The notes under the pieces were generated by a model, which was not told the origin of the DNA, did no database searches, and worked only from the letters and a program-made list of their open reading frames with translations. From contig CAZBWV010000051.1 in NCBI GenBank assembly GCA_964495805.1, forward strand, positions 8,973-72,972: a stretch of DNA of 64,000 nucleotides, read 5' to 3'. The translations under genes and the position numbers were made by a program. The first letter of the stretch is position 1; the number at the start of each line of letters is the position of its first letter. This DNA comes from an uncultured Calditrichaceae bacterium. GTDB lineage: Bacteria; Calditrichota; Calditrichia; RBG-13-44-9. Positions 9,751-19,600 of this stretch are shown here, in pieces.

Positions 9751-10776
9751 ATGAAAGCCATTTCCCTTGTTCTGAGTCTGTTACTTTTGTGGAGTGTTTC
9801 GGGGCTATCGCAATACAGCAGTAAAGTGTCCAATGTGGGCACCACCGCTGCTCCTTTTCTGGAAATCGGGGTAGGTGCCCGGGCAATTGGCATGGGGGGC
9901 GCGTTCGTTTCCACTGCCAACGATGCCAGTGCCCTGTACTGGAATCCCGCCGGCGTGGCGCGATTGAAACGGCCGGAATTACTGTTCGTCCACACCAACT
10001 GGATTGCTGATATTCGCTACGATTTTGTGGGCGCCACCCTTCCCTTAGGGCGTTTTGGAACCCTGGGCGGTAGCATTACCAGTCTGGGTATGGACGACAT
10101 GAAAGTGCGCACCGAAGACCAGCCCGAAGGTACCGGCGAATACTTCAATGCCAGCGATCTGGCGCTGGCTATCTCCTATGCCTTTAATCTGACCGACCGG
10201 TTTTCCATCGGATTTAATGCCAAATACATTCACCAGCGCATCTGGAAGGAGAGCTCGCGCGGTTTTGCCCTGGACATCGGAACGCTATTTACCACCGGAT
10301 TTTACGGTATGCGCATCGGTGCAGCGCTCACTAATTTCGGAACCGATATGCGTCTGGAAGGTGATGATCTGCTGGTGTATCATGATATCGATCCCTACCA
10401 TCTGGGGAATAACGAACGTATATTTGCGGAGTTGAAGACGGATAAATGGCCCCTACCGCTCAATTTCCAGGTGGGGGTGGCAATGGAGGTGCTGAACAAC
10501 ACCCGGCACCGCCTGACTCTGGCCACCGAAGCCATGCATCCCATCAATAATACCGAAAGCATGAATGTGGGAATGGAATATGCATTTCGCGAGCTGTTTT
10601 TCCTGCGCGGGGGATATCGTAACCTGTTTCAGCGAGATAGTGAAGAAGGATTTACCCTGGGTGCCGGTTTTGCTGTGCGATTTCTGGGAAATTTTAAGGT
10701 AACCGTCGATTACGCATATGCCGATTTCGGACGGTTACAGAATTCCCAGCGGTTTTCCATTAATATGATGTTTTAG
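9751..10776 (+). CDS. FadL/PorV/PorP-like outer-membrane beta-barrel protein (cassette copy 1)
   Basis: Signal peptide. N-terminal motif GVGARAIGMGGAFVSTANDASALYWNPAGVARL resembles the FadL/TodX NPAGL region. Length 341 aa, alternating amphipathic strands, C-terminal ...SINMMF with a terminal Phe. Confidence 0.6.
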   Translation: MKAISLVLSLLLLWSVSGLSQYSSKVSNVGTTAAPFLEIGVGARAIGMGGAFVSTANDASALYWNPAGVARLKRPELLFVHTNWIADIRYDFVGATLPLGRFGTLGGSITSLGMDDMKVRTEDQPEGTGEYFNASDLALAISYAFNLTDRFSIGFNAKYIHQRIWKESSRGFALDIGTLFTTGFYGMRIGAALTNFGTDMRLEGDDLLVYHDIDPYHLGNNERIFAELKTDKWPLPLNFQVGVAMEVLNNTRHRLTLATEAMHPINNTESMNVGMEYAFRELFFLRGGYRNLFQRDSEEGFTLGAGFAVRFLGNFKVTVDYAYADFGRLQNSQRFSINMMF

Positions 10777-10873
10777 CAGTAGCTGTTAGCATTTGATATC
10801 GCCTCCTGCGGAGCACGTCTGGTGGAGGGGATTGATTCGACCACGAACGAAAGGAGAACAAAAAACGATTGAC

Positions 10874-12193
10874 ATGGAGGGCAACATCAGGCAAAGGTTC
10901 TGGATAACCGGGATAGGACCCCGCATTTTTCTGGGGGTCATTTTTTTTATTCTGATAGGTTGTCATCGCGAAAAACAGTCTGCGGAGCAGGCCATTGTGT
11001 ATTGGTCCTCCAACAACAATTACGAGATAGAGTTTGCCCGCGCGGTGGTGGCGGATTGGAACCGCTTGCATCCCGACGTACCGGTGAAAACTCAGCCGGT
11101 TCCCGAGGGACAATCCAGCGAAGAGGTGATCCTGGCTGCGGTGGTGGGGAAAACCACTCCGGATATCTATTCCAACATGTGGCAGGGCGATGTGGCATTT
11201 TATGCTTCCTCCGGTGTGCTGGTTGCATTGGACACTATTCCCGGTTTTCTGGAATTTCTCCGTCAACGCTGCGACAGCGCCACCCTCCAGGAAGTAACTG
11301 CGGAAAACGGGCATATTTATCAGATTCCCTGGAAAATGAATCCCATCATGATGATTTATAATCGAAAGGCGTTGCGGGAAATCGGTTTTCCGCGGCCGCC
11401 GCAAACCTACTCCCGTTATCTGGAGGCCGCGCGCCGGTTCAGCCGGGACGCTGACGGAGACGGGTATGTGGACCACTGGATTGGTTATACCAATGTTTCG
11501 GTCACCTGGTGGCAACGGTTGTTCGATTTTTACCCGCTCTACCTGGCAGCGTCCGGTGGGGCACCGCTGGTTCGGGGGAATCGAGTGATGTTCGAAAATG
11601 CCCATGCCGTGGAAGTGTTCCGTTTTCTGAAAACCCTGTTCGAGAAAAACTACTTCCCCCGGGAACAGCTTTCTGCCCGGCAGGATGCGTTTCTCTCCGG
11701 CATCATTGCTACACGAATTACCGGTCCGTGGGATATCATGCATGTGGAACGCTTTAAACCGAAAGGCTTCGAATATGCCTTTACTTCCGTACCCCGACCC
11801 GATGAGTGCGAAGGGCCGGTGTACACGTACTGCGATCCGAAAAATATCGTCATTTTTAACACCTGCACGCGACCGCAACAGGCGGTGGAATTTGTGAAGT
11901 TTATGTTGAGTGAGAAGAATGACTTCCGTTTGCTGGAAATGACACGTCAGCTACCCAGACGCAGGGATTTGTTCTCCAGCGATCGGTTTATGGCCTATTT
12001 TCTGGCTCACCCTCGCATGCTGCCCTTTGCCCGGCAGGCGCGGTATATCCGGGGAACAGACAATTCCCCGGTGCTGAAGGAAATTTTTGATGCCATTTCT
12101 CAGGAATTTGAAGCGTGTGTGGTGTACGGCACCAAATCCCCGGAACAGGCGATTCACGATGCCGCCACCGCAGCGCAGCTATTGTTAAAATAA
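10874..12193 (+). CDS. ABC transporter substrate-binding lipoprotein, family 1 (sugar/oligosaccharide)
   Basis: Lipobox (FFILIGCH) after the start at 10874; the upstream in-frame ORF from 10793 is unlikely to be translated. Size and composition fit extracellular solute-binding family 1. It is followed by two MalF/MalG-type permeases. Confidence 0.7.
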   Translation: MEGNIRQRFWITGIGPRIFLGVIFFILIGCHREKQSAEQAIVYWSSNNNYEIEFARAVVADWNRLHPDVPVKTQPVPEGQSSEEVILAAVVGKTTPDIYSNMWQGDVAFYASSGVLVALDTIPGFLEFLRQRCDSATLQEVTAENGHIYQIPWKMNPIMMIYNRKALREIGFPRPPQTYSRYLEAARRFSRDADGDGYVDHWIGYTNVSVTWWQRLFDFYPLYLAASGGAPLVRGNRVMFENAHAVEVFRFLKTLFEKNYFPREQLSARQDAFLSGIIATRITGPWDIMHVERFKPKGFEYAFTSVPRPDECEGPVYTYCDPKNIVIFNTCTRPQQAVEFVKFMLSEKNDFRLLEMTRQLPRRRDLFSSDRFMAYFLAHPRMLPFARQARYIRGTDNSPVLKEIFDAISQEFEACVVYGTKSPEQAIHDAATAAQLLLK

Positions 12194-12205
12194 CGGACGA
12201 GCCGC

Positions 12206-13069
12206 ATGAAACGGAAGTTGAAGAAACAACTGATTCCTTATGTGATGGTGTCGCCTTATGTACTGCACTTTTTGTTGTTTGTGTTGTTTCCGGTAGTATT
12301 TTCGTTTGTACTCATTTTTCACCGCTGGAATATCATTTCGCCTATGGAATTTGTGGGATTGGGCAATTTCGACCGCCTGTTTCATGACCGCTTGTTTTTC
12401 AAATCTCTGGGGAATACGCTAATTTTTTTGATTATCCACATTCCTTTACAAATTGCTGTGGCGTTGTTCTTTGCCGAATTGCTTAATCAGCGAATTCGGT
12501 TGCGGGGATTTTTCCGTGCGGCGTACTTCCTGCCGGTTGTGGTTTCCGGTGTGGTGGTCACTGTGTTATGGCAGCAATTGTACGGATTCGATACCGGTTT
12601 GCTGAATCGGTTACTGGTCAAACTGGGGCTGGGCCGCGTACCCTGGCTGGTAAGTCCCAAACTGGCTATGCCCTCCATTGCACTGATGGCAACCTGGAAA
12701 AATGTGGGTCTGTACATTGTGTTGTTTCTGGTCGGGCTTCAGAGTGTACCCAGCCATTATTACGAAGCCGCCGAATTGGAGGGCGCCACTCACTGGCAGA
12801 AGTTCTGGTATATTACCCTGCCCATGATTAATCCCACCATTTTTATGGTGGTGGTGCTTTCCACCATTGGCGGATTTTCTCTGTTTATTGAACCGTATGT
12901 GATGACCGGAGGCGGACCGTTAAATAGCACCCTCTCGGCGGTGTTGTACATTTACAAGCAGGGCTTCTTTTTCTACCACATGGGTTATGCCGCTACCCTG
13001 GGATTCTTCTTTGCCGCATTAATTTTGATGGTGGTGTTCTTACAGAAGCGGTTTGTGGAAAGGGAGTAG
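12206..13069 (+). CDS. ABC transporter permease (MalF/UgpA-like)
   Basis: Six-TM permease with the EAA-like loop region (YEAAELEGATHWQKFWYITLP). Confidence 0.8.
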   Translation: MKRKLKKQLIPYVMVSPYVLHFLLFVLFPVVFSFVLIFHRWNIISPMEFVGLGNFDRLFHDRLFFKSLGNTLIFLIIHIPLQIAVALFFAELLNQRIRLRGFFRAAYFLPVVVSGVVVTVLWQQLYGFDTGLLNRLLVKLGLGRVPWLVSPKLAMPSIALMATWKNVGLYIVLFLVGLQSVPSHYYEAAELEGATHWQKFWYITLPMINPTIFMVVVLSTIGGFSLFIEPYVMTGGGPLNSTLSAVLYIYKQGFFFYHMGYAATLGFFFAALILMVVFLQKRFVERE

Positions 13070-13370
13070 GGAAAGAAGGGGAAATAAGGGGGATAAGGAA
13101 ATAGATGAAATGTAGGATGGGGAAGTAGAATGAGTACTGAGGGTTTTATCTCATGAACAGGTGTGCAATTGGTGGTGCGGTTAAAAGTTTGTCAGACCTG
13201 ATTTCAGGAGGGTGAGGGGGAGCATAACACATTGATTTTTCGCTGTTTTCGCGAATGAATATATACGGCAGATTTTTCCTGGAATTTTGGTATTCGCTTC
13301 ATGATTGCTCGGTGTTTCTTTAATAGCAGTATAAGCGGTATTTTCGGGTGAGTGAAAAAAAGGGATTCAG

Positions 13371-14189
13371 GTGAAAGTGATTAAAAAAATCGGGTTGTAC
13401 GGAATTTTATTTGTGGGAGCAGTGGCATTCACCTATCCGTTTTTATGGATGCTGTTTGCTTCCCTGGCACCTGAATCGGAAATCGGGCGACTGACTTTGT
13501 TTCCTTCCGCCCTGACCCTGCACAATTATCAGCAGGTTGTGGAAAAAATCCCTATTTTTCGTTCTTTACTGAACAGCCTGATTGTTTCCTTCAGCGTCAC
13601 GGTCGGTGTTCTGGTGTTCAGCTCCATGGTGGGTTACGCTCTTTCTCGCCTGCGCTTCAAAGGTCGCAACCTGATTTTCTACATTATCATTTTTACCATG
13701 ACTCTGCCGTTTCAAATTACACTGATTCCCCAGTATATTTTGATGGTGAAATTTGGCTGGGTGGACAGTTACCTGGCATTAATTGTTCCCTACCTGCTCA
13801 GCGCTTTTGCCATCATCATGTTCCGACAATATTTTATGACCATTCCGCAGGATTTAATTGATGCGGCACGCATTGATGGATGCTCGGAATTTCAGATCCT
13901 CTTTCGCATCCTCTGGCCCAACTCCGTGCCCGCTCTGGTTACGGTGGGCATCATTACCTTCATGACTTCCTGGAACGAAGTGCTCTGGCCCATCATTGTA
14001 ATTCGTAACGAAAAGTTAATGACCATGCCTCAGCTGGTAACCCTGTTTGTAGTGGGAGGGCGTTCCGAATCCCAGCTGGGAGTGAAACTGGCCTCTGCCA
14101 CCATGCTGGCATTGCCCATTATTGTGGCGTACATCTTCTTCCAGCGGTATTTCATCCAGAGTATGGCCAGCACAGGAATGAAGGAGTAA
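13371..14189 (+). CDS. ABC transporter permease (MalG/UgpE-like)
   Basis: Six-TM permease with conserved IDAARIDGCSEFQILFRILWP (EAA motif). Confidence 0.8.
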   Translation: MKVIKKIGLYGILFVGAVAFTYPFLWMLFASLAPESEIGRLTLFPSALTLHNYQQVVEKIPIFRSLLNSLIVSFSVTVGVLVFSSMVGYALSRLRFKGRNLIFYIIIFTMTLPFQITLIPQYILMVKFGWVDSYLALIVPYLLSAFAIIMFRQYFMTIPQDLIDAARIDGCSEFQILFRILWPNSVPALVTVGIITFMTSWNEVLWPIIVIRNEKLMTMPQLVTLFVVGGRSESQLGVKLASATMLALPIIVAYIFFQRYFIQSMASTGMKE

Positions 14190-14285
14190 GGGAAGGCTCC
14201 GGCACGCTGTGGCGCACCGGAAAAAACGCGGAAAACAGGCTGGGTAGCAGAACAACATTAAACAAAGGGTAGAACCCGGAAACCT

Positions 14286-15611
14286 GTGGAATTTGACATG
14301 AAGTCTGGCTTTGTTACATTAACCGGGATGGTGCTTCTGTTGCTTATTTCCTGCACTTCGCAGAAGCGTTCCCGGGAGCCCATGCTGCGAATCAATCCGG
14401 CACACCTGAATTATCTGTACCAGGAGCGGGTGTTCGGGCAGGATACAGTGGGATTTGTGCGGATTTACGCTGAAGCACCGGATTACCACTATGTGGAAGC
14501 GCCGGGGGAGGGGATTGCCTGTGTGGACGATGCCGCGCGGGCAGCGGTGTTCTACATGCAATACTATTCTTATCGCAAAGACCCGGCAGATTTACTCAAG
14601 GCTCGCCGTTTGCTCAGGTTTGTCCTCCACATGCAGGCACCAAACGGAATGTTTTACAATTTCGTTTTTGAAGATGGGCGTATCAACCGGACGAGACATA
14701 ACAGCCGGCCGGTGGCGGATTGGTGGGGCTGGAGAGCCATGTGGGCGCTAAGCGAAGGTGCGCTATTTTTTCGCCATACCGATACGACATTCGCCGGAGA
14801 GCTGACCGATGCGCTGGAGAAGGCGCTTCCGGCGGTGGATTCGCTGCTAATTCGGTATCCCCGAACCCGGAAAGTAAAAGGATTACCGTGCCCGATCTAT
14901 CTGCCTTTTCAATCCGCCGCCGATCAGGCCTCCGTGCTGGTACAGGCACTGGTAAATTACATACAGATTCAACCGGACTCACAGGTCTCAGAAAATATTT
15001 CCCGACTGTGCCAGGGTATTTGCCTGATGCAAACCGGCGATTCCCTGCACTTTCCCTACGGAGTGCTTCGTTCCTGGGAGAACCAGTGGCACGCCTGGGG
15101 AAATAGCCAGAGCTATGCTCTGTTAAAAGCAGCTCGTTTACCCGGTCTGGATGCATTTGCCGAACCTGCTCTACAGGAACTCCGCTTTTTTGTTCCGTTG
15201 GGAATGCAGGTGGATTTTTCCGCATTTCTGAGTTTTCGCAGAACGGACGAGATGGTGCAACTGGTGGAAAAACACCGCTTTCCACAAATTGCCTATGGCA
15301 TACGACCGTATGTGTGGGCGGCGCTGGAAGCCTTTCGGTGGACCGGGTGTATCTGGTACGCCCGAGCGGCAGGGAAATGGGCGGCCTGGCTGGTGGGGGA
15401 AAATCCCGCTGGCGTGCCCATGTACCAGCCCGCAACCGGGCGTTGCTTCGATGGCCTCGAAAGCGAAACGGTGATCAATCGAAATTCCGGCGCTGAGTCC
15501 ACTATCGAAGCGCTGCTTACTCTGCTGAAGGTGCGACAGGTACCCGCAGCATGGGAGCAGCTCCAGCAGGCATACCGGAAACATCTGATAAAAGTGAGCT
15601 CTTCCCGGTAA
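14286..15611 (+). CDS. lipoprotein of unknown function; possible (alpha/alpha)6-barrel glycoside hydrolase-like protein
   Basis: Lipobox (LLLLISCTS). Aromatic-rich helical repeats (WWGWRAMWALSEGALFF). No secure family assignment from sequence alone. Confidence 0.3.
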   Translation: MEFDMKSGFVTLTGMVLLLLISCTSQKRSREPMLRINPAHLNYLYQERVFGQDTVGFVRIYAEAPDYHYVEAPGEGIACVDDAARAAVFYMQYYSYRKDPADLLKARRLLRFVLHMQAPNGMFYNFVFEDGRINRTRHNSRPVADWWGWRAMWALSEGALFFRHTDTTFAGELTDALEKALPAVDSLLIRYPRTRKVKGLPCPIYLPFQSAADQASVLVQALVNYIQIQPDSQVSENISRLCQGICLMQTGDSLHFPYGVLRSWENQWHAWGNSQSYALLKAARLPGLDAFAEPALQELRFFVPLGMQVDFSAFLSFRRTDEMVQLVEKHRFPQIAYGIRPYVWAALEAFRWTGCIWYARAAGKWAAWLVGENPAGVPMYQPATGRCFDGLESETVINRNSGAESTIEALLTLLKVRQVPAAWEQLQQAYRKHLIKVSSSR

Positions 15612-15706
15612 ATATCCGGGAAGTCCGTTTCCGGACCGGGCCCGGGTAGTTATCGGGAAAAACCTAATTATTGAAACGAAGGACTTAAAAATGAGGGTTT
15701 TGGAGA

Positions 15707-16636
15707 ATGGCAGAAGTGAAGCTGAAACGCGTGAACGGAGTTATTCTGGGACCGATTGCCGAACATCCCTGGGAGTCCCGTGCGGCGTTTAATCCGGGAG
15801 CTGTTCTGGTTAACCAGGAGGTGCATTTGCTGTACCGCGCGGTGGAAGGGGACAACTTCTCGACCATCGGATATGCTCGTCTTACACCGGACGGGCAGCT
15901 CCTTTACCGACATCCGGAACCGGTGATTCGGCGCGAGCAGGAACAGGAAAAACAGGGGGCCGAAGACCCGCGCATCGTGCCTTTTCAGGAAAAATACCTG
16001 GTGTTTTACACCGGTTACAATGGGCAAACCGTGCGGGTGATGATGGCCGAAACAGAAGACTTTTTACGTTTCCACAAACATGGTGTGGTGGGGCCGGATC
16101 ATAACGATAAGGACGCCATGCTCTTTCCGGAAACCTTCGGGAACCGGGTGGCATTTCTGCACCGTATTGAACCCAGCATTCAGCTGGCCTGGTTCGACGA
16201 CTTCCAGCATTTTCTCCATCCCGAAAAGGAATACTGGCCCACCCATCTGCAACAACTGGAGCAGCACGTGGTGATGCATCCCGAATACAGCTGGGAAGCG
16301 GAAAAGATTGGCGCGGGTCCTACCCCCATTCACACCGAGGCGGGATGGCTGCTGATTTACCATGGTGTGGATCGCCAGCTTACCTACCGGGCCGGGGCAG
16401 CGCTGTTGGACGAAAAAGACCCCACCCGGGTTATTGCCCGACTTCCGTATCCCATACTGGAACCGGAACGCGATTACGAGAAAATTGGCGATGTGAATAT
16501 GGTGGTGTTTCCGGAAGGAGCAGTGGTGGCGGAGAATGAATTGTACGTGTTTTACGGTGGGGCTGATAAAGTGGTGGGGCTGGCTGTTTGCCGCCTGTCC
16601 GATTTAATCGATGAACTCTGGCGACACCGAGTGTGA
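15707..16636 (+). CDS. GH130 family glycoside phosphorylase/hydrolase (beta-mannoside-acting, DUF377)
   Basis: N-terminal ...WESRAAFNPGAVL... and five-bladed-propeller-like repeats (LVFYTGYNGQ, LLIYHGV). Length 309 aa. Adjacent to a GH2 beta-mannosidase. Confidence 0.6.
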   Translation: MAEVKLKRVNGVILGPIAEHPWESRAAFNPGAVLVNQEVHLLYRAVEGDNFSTIGYARLTPDGQLLYRHPEPVIRREQEQEKQGAEDPRIVPFQEKYLVFYTGYNGQTVRVMMAETEDFLRFHKHGVVGPDHNDKDAMLFPETFGNRVAFLHRIEPSIQLAWFDDFQHFLHPEKEYWPTHLQQLEQHVVMHPEYSWEAEKIGAGPTPIHTEAGWLLIYHGVDRQLTYRAGAALLDEKDPTRVIARLPYPILEPERDYEKIGDVNMVVFPEGAVVAENELYVFYGGADKVVGLAVCRLSDLIDELWRHRV

Positions 16637-19600
16637 TGAAATCTTTGTTTCAACACAAAAAATGGCGTTTAGCGGCAGGCAGGGTGTGGTGGCAGATTTT
16701 ACTGCTGGTTGGCACTTCCGCGTTTAGCCAGCAGATCACCATTCCCCGCGTGAATCTGATGCCCGATTTCCCCCAGCCGTATCACATGCGTAACTGGAAA
16801 AAGGTGGCGCTGGGGTACGATTCGCTGGTGTTTAATTTCCACGCCAGCGGACAGTACCTGCCGCTTATTCGCTGGAACACTTCGCCGGTAAATTACCCGA
16901 ATCATCCCAGCTTTGGTTTGCATACCGTGGTGGGAACTCTGTACCCGGAAAGCGCCGAAGCGATTAATGCACTGCCTGCGGTTATAGGAGCCATGCTTTG
17001 CGGAGTGGACAAACGGCATCAGTTCGGGCAGGATTTTGTGCTGATGTGTGAGGAATGGTTCAATCGCCGACCGGCTGAAAATGTGTATCTGAACCATCCC
17101 TATACCAGCAGTGGTAGCGACTGGTGGTATGATACCATGCCGAACCTGTTCTTCTACCAGTTGTTCGATCTGGCCAGCGATCTTAGCATTGGCGAATTTG
17201 CCCTTCAGTTTGAACTGGTAGCCGACCGGTGGCTGGAAGCGCTTGGTGCCATGGGGGGAAGTGCCACCCCCTGGAACGTGCCCGGGATGAACTACCACGG
17301 ATGGCACCTTTCCACCATGACTCCCAACACGAACGGTGTTCCGGAGCCGGAAGCAGCGGGTGCCATAGCATGGCTCCTGTACATGGCGTGGAACAAACTT
17401 CATCATTTAAAATATCGCACGGGGGTGGAATGGGCGCTGGAGTTTCTGGAAGCGTGCCCCTCTAACCCCTCTTACGAGCTTCAGCTTCCCTACGGTGCCT
17501 ATGTTGCGGCCCGGATGAATGCCGAAGTGGGGACTACTTACGACATTCCCCGTCTGGTGAATTGGTGCTTCGACGTCGGCCCGTTGCGCAATTGGGGAGC
17601 TATTGTGGGAACCTGGGGTGGGTACGATTGTTCCGGTCTCATCGGAGAAATCAGCGGCAACGACTACGCTTTTTTCATGAACACGGTGGAACAGATTGGA
17701 GCTCTGGTTCCCCTGGTACGCTACGACGAACGGTTTGCCACTGCCATCGGAAAATGGGTATTGAATGCCACCAATGCCCTGCGCCTGTTTTATCCCAACT
17801 TTTTGCCGGACGACCACCAGGACAATGAACAATGGGCACATCAGTACGATCCACATTCCTGCATCGCTTACGAAGCGCTGCGGGAGGAGTATCAGGGCTA
17901 TAGTCCCTATGCTACCGGCGATGCCATGAGCGGTGGCTGGGGATTAACCAACTTGACTCTGTACGGCTCCTCCCACGTAGGCATTTTGGGTGCCATTGTG
18001 GATACTACCAACATTCCCGGTATTTTAAAACTGGATGTATTGAAGACAGATTATTTCCATCGTCCGGCCTATCCCACCTATCTGCTGTACAATCCTTATT
18101 CCGTGGATACTCTGGTGGCGCTACCCCTGCCGATCGGTAATCATGATATTTACGAGGTGGTGAGCAATCAATTTGTGCAGCAAGGGGTCAGCGGAACTGC
18201 CCTGTTAAATCTACCTGCCCATCAGGCCTGGCTGGTTGTGCTGACGCCGGCAGGTGGAGCTCTTGCCTACCGGCAGGAATGGATGCTGGTGAACGGGGTG
18301 GTAGTGGATTTCCGCTCCGGACAGCCTGTTAGCAATTATCCGCCCCGCATCAAAGGGCTGGCAGCTGACCCGCCCACAGTGGGAATTGCAGATACTACCA
18401 CACTGTTCTGCACGGCGGTAGATCGCGATGGCGATTCACTCACTTTCCAGTGGATCTGTTCTTCCGGAAATGTGTTTGGTAGCGGAAGTCAGGTTCAGTG
18501 GGTGGCTCCCGGTGTGGTTGGTCAGGGATCGGTGAGGGTGGTGGTAAGCGACGGGCTGGCAACGGATACCGCCCGGCTGGAAATTCCCGTTACCCAGCCG
18601 GTGAATCATCCTCCGGTCATTGAATCGCTCACCGCCCGTCCGCGGAAAATCGATCTGGGGGGAACCGTACGGTTGCAGTGTACGGCATACGATCCCGATG
18701 GCGATTCGTTGAGTTACGACTGGACGGCCAGTGCAGGGATTTTGCAGGATAGTTTGAACACCGCAACCTGGACGGCTCCCATGCAACCGGGGGATGACAC
18801 CATTTACTGTCGGGTGGTCGATTCCCGCGGGGCGGAAGCCCGGGACAGCATCGTGGTGCTGGTGCGCGACTTCTCCCAGTTTGTTCCCGGGAAGTTAATT
18901 GCTTACTATCCCATGAATGGGAACGCCAACGATGCCAGCGGACACGGTTACCACGGGGTGGTGCATGGTGCCGTACTTACGACCGACCGTTTCGGAAATC
19001 CTAATGCCGCTTACCGGTTCGACGGTGTGGACGATTACATCTCGGTAGCCAATCACGACAGTTTGAACTTCCGCCGGGCCATCTCTCTGAACTTCTGGAT
19101 GAAAATCGATCAGTTCTCCGGTCACGAAGCATTTCTTCTCTCCCACGGAAGCTGGCAGCATCGCTGGAAGGTCTCGCTGATTCCTTCCCGACATCTGCGC
19201 TGGACTGTCAATACCGATCAGGGAATTGTGGATCTGGACAGCGAAAATCCCCTGCAGGGAGGAATCTGGTACAACGTTACCTGCTATTACGATGGTTCCG
19301 GTATGGAGCTTTACCTGAATGGCGAGCTGGATAACTTTACTTCCTGCTCCGGTCTGATCCGGCAAACCAGCTACGATTTGACCATGGGTCAGATGCTTCC
19401 GGGAAACGCCAGCTACAACTTTGCCGGAGTGCTGGATGAGGTGCGAGTTTACAATTACGGATTGTCCGTGCCGGAAATCACCACTCTGTACCAGATGCCC
19501 AATGGAGTTACTCCGCCGGAGGGGGTTCCTCTTGCCCGGCAATTCAAAGTGTATCCGAATTATCCCAATCCGTTTAATTCCGTTACGGTAATCCAATACA

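Noticed and set aside
10760-11878. 372-aa minus-strand ORF overlapping the ABC substrate-binding protein gene
   Set aside because: It is antisense to a well-supported SBP gene with a lipobox, and it has no motifs and a low-complexity composition.
14683-15435. 250-aa minus-strand ORF inside the lipoprotein gene
   Set aside because: An Arg/Pro-rich antisense frame. The plus-strand ORF has a signal peptide and a coherent operon position.
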